From: Chiloscyllium plagiosum
Taxonomy: Eukaryota
Assembly (NCBI RefSeq): GCF_004010195.1
Contig: NC_057758.1
Location: 135,245 to 155,244 of the forward strand
Length of the DNA: 20,000 bases
Direction: 5' to 3'
Shown: one piece after another, positions 19,505 to 20,000 of the stretch
How positions within the stretch are numbered: the stretch's first letter is position 1
Layout: each line of letters begins with the position of its first letter
The notes under the pieces: model-generated
Told to the model about the DNA's origin: nothing
What the model saw: the letters and a program-made list of their open reading frames with translations, nothing else
Database searches by the model: none
Made by a program: the position numbers and the translations under genes

Positions 19505-20000
19505 GTTTGGAATTCAATGTGAGCAAATGCGTGGTCTTGCACTTTGGAAAAAAGAATACAGGCATGGACGGTGAGAAAATTCCTAAAGCCAAAGTACAAA
19601 GGGATCTGGGAGTGCTAGTCGTGGATTCTCTAAAGGTAAACATGCAGGTTGAGTCCGTGATTAAGAAAGCGAATGCAATGTTGTCAATTATCTCGAGAGG
19701 GTTGGAATATAAAAGCACCATTGTGCTACTGAGACTTGATAAAGCTCTGGTTAGGCTCCATTTGGAGTACTGTGTCCAGTTTTGGTCCCCACACCTCAGG
19801 AAGGACATACTGGCACTGGAGCGTGTCCAACGGAGATTCAGACGCATGATCCCTGGAATGGTAGGTCTAACCTACGAGGAACGGCTGAGGATCCTGGGAT
19901 TGTATTCATTGGAGTTTAGAAGATTAAGGGGAGATCTAATAGAAACTTACAAGATAATACATGGCTTGGAGAGGGTGGACACTAGGAAATTGTTTCCGTT
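19505..20000 (+). mobile_element. CR1 RT C-terminal fragment (runs off the window)
   Basis: Translates EFNVSKCVVLHFG, QRDLGVLV, HLEYCVQFWSP and GDLIETYKI. Confidence 0.9.

Larger units (their letters stand above)
17155..19513 (+). repeat. Segmental duplication block, copy 2 (paralogous to ~372-2432)
   Basis: Same order of unique and repeat segments as copy 1, offset by ~16.8-17.1 kb. Confidence 0.85.

Overview
Eukaryotic, repeat-dense DNA whose repeats (CR1, Rex1 and L2-type LINEs, tRNA-derived HE1-like SINEs, a 33-bp minisatellite, Penelope-type palindromes) look like a cartilaginous fish genome, probably a carpet or bamboo shark (inferred). The only host genes are remnants of a tandem cluster of two-exon GPR139-like orphan GPCR genes on the minus strand. 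One is a complete but multiply disabled pseudogene (17783-16070). A paralogous exon 1 at 655-469 should splice to an exon 2 left of the window, and it has a 313-bp inverted duplicate at 1591-1903. A further, more canonical exon 1 (IYYPLLAAVAVP|GTGAGT at ~4205-4126) is split by a CR1 and has no exon 2 of its own in view. Blocks ~372-2432 and ~17155-19513 are diverged copies of a ~17-kb segmental duplication unit. I see no intact protein-coding gene and no prokaryotic-type system, and most listed ORFs are retroelement debris or low-complexity artefacts. Repeat family names come from motif recognition, not database searches.
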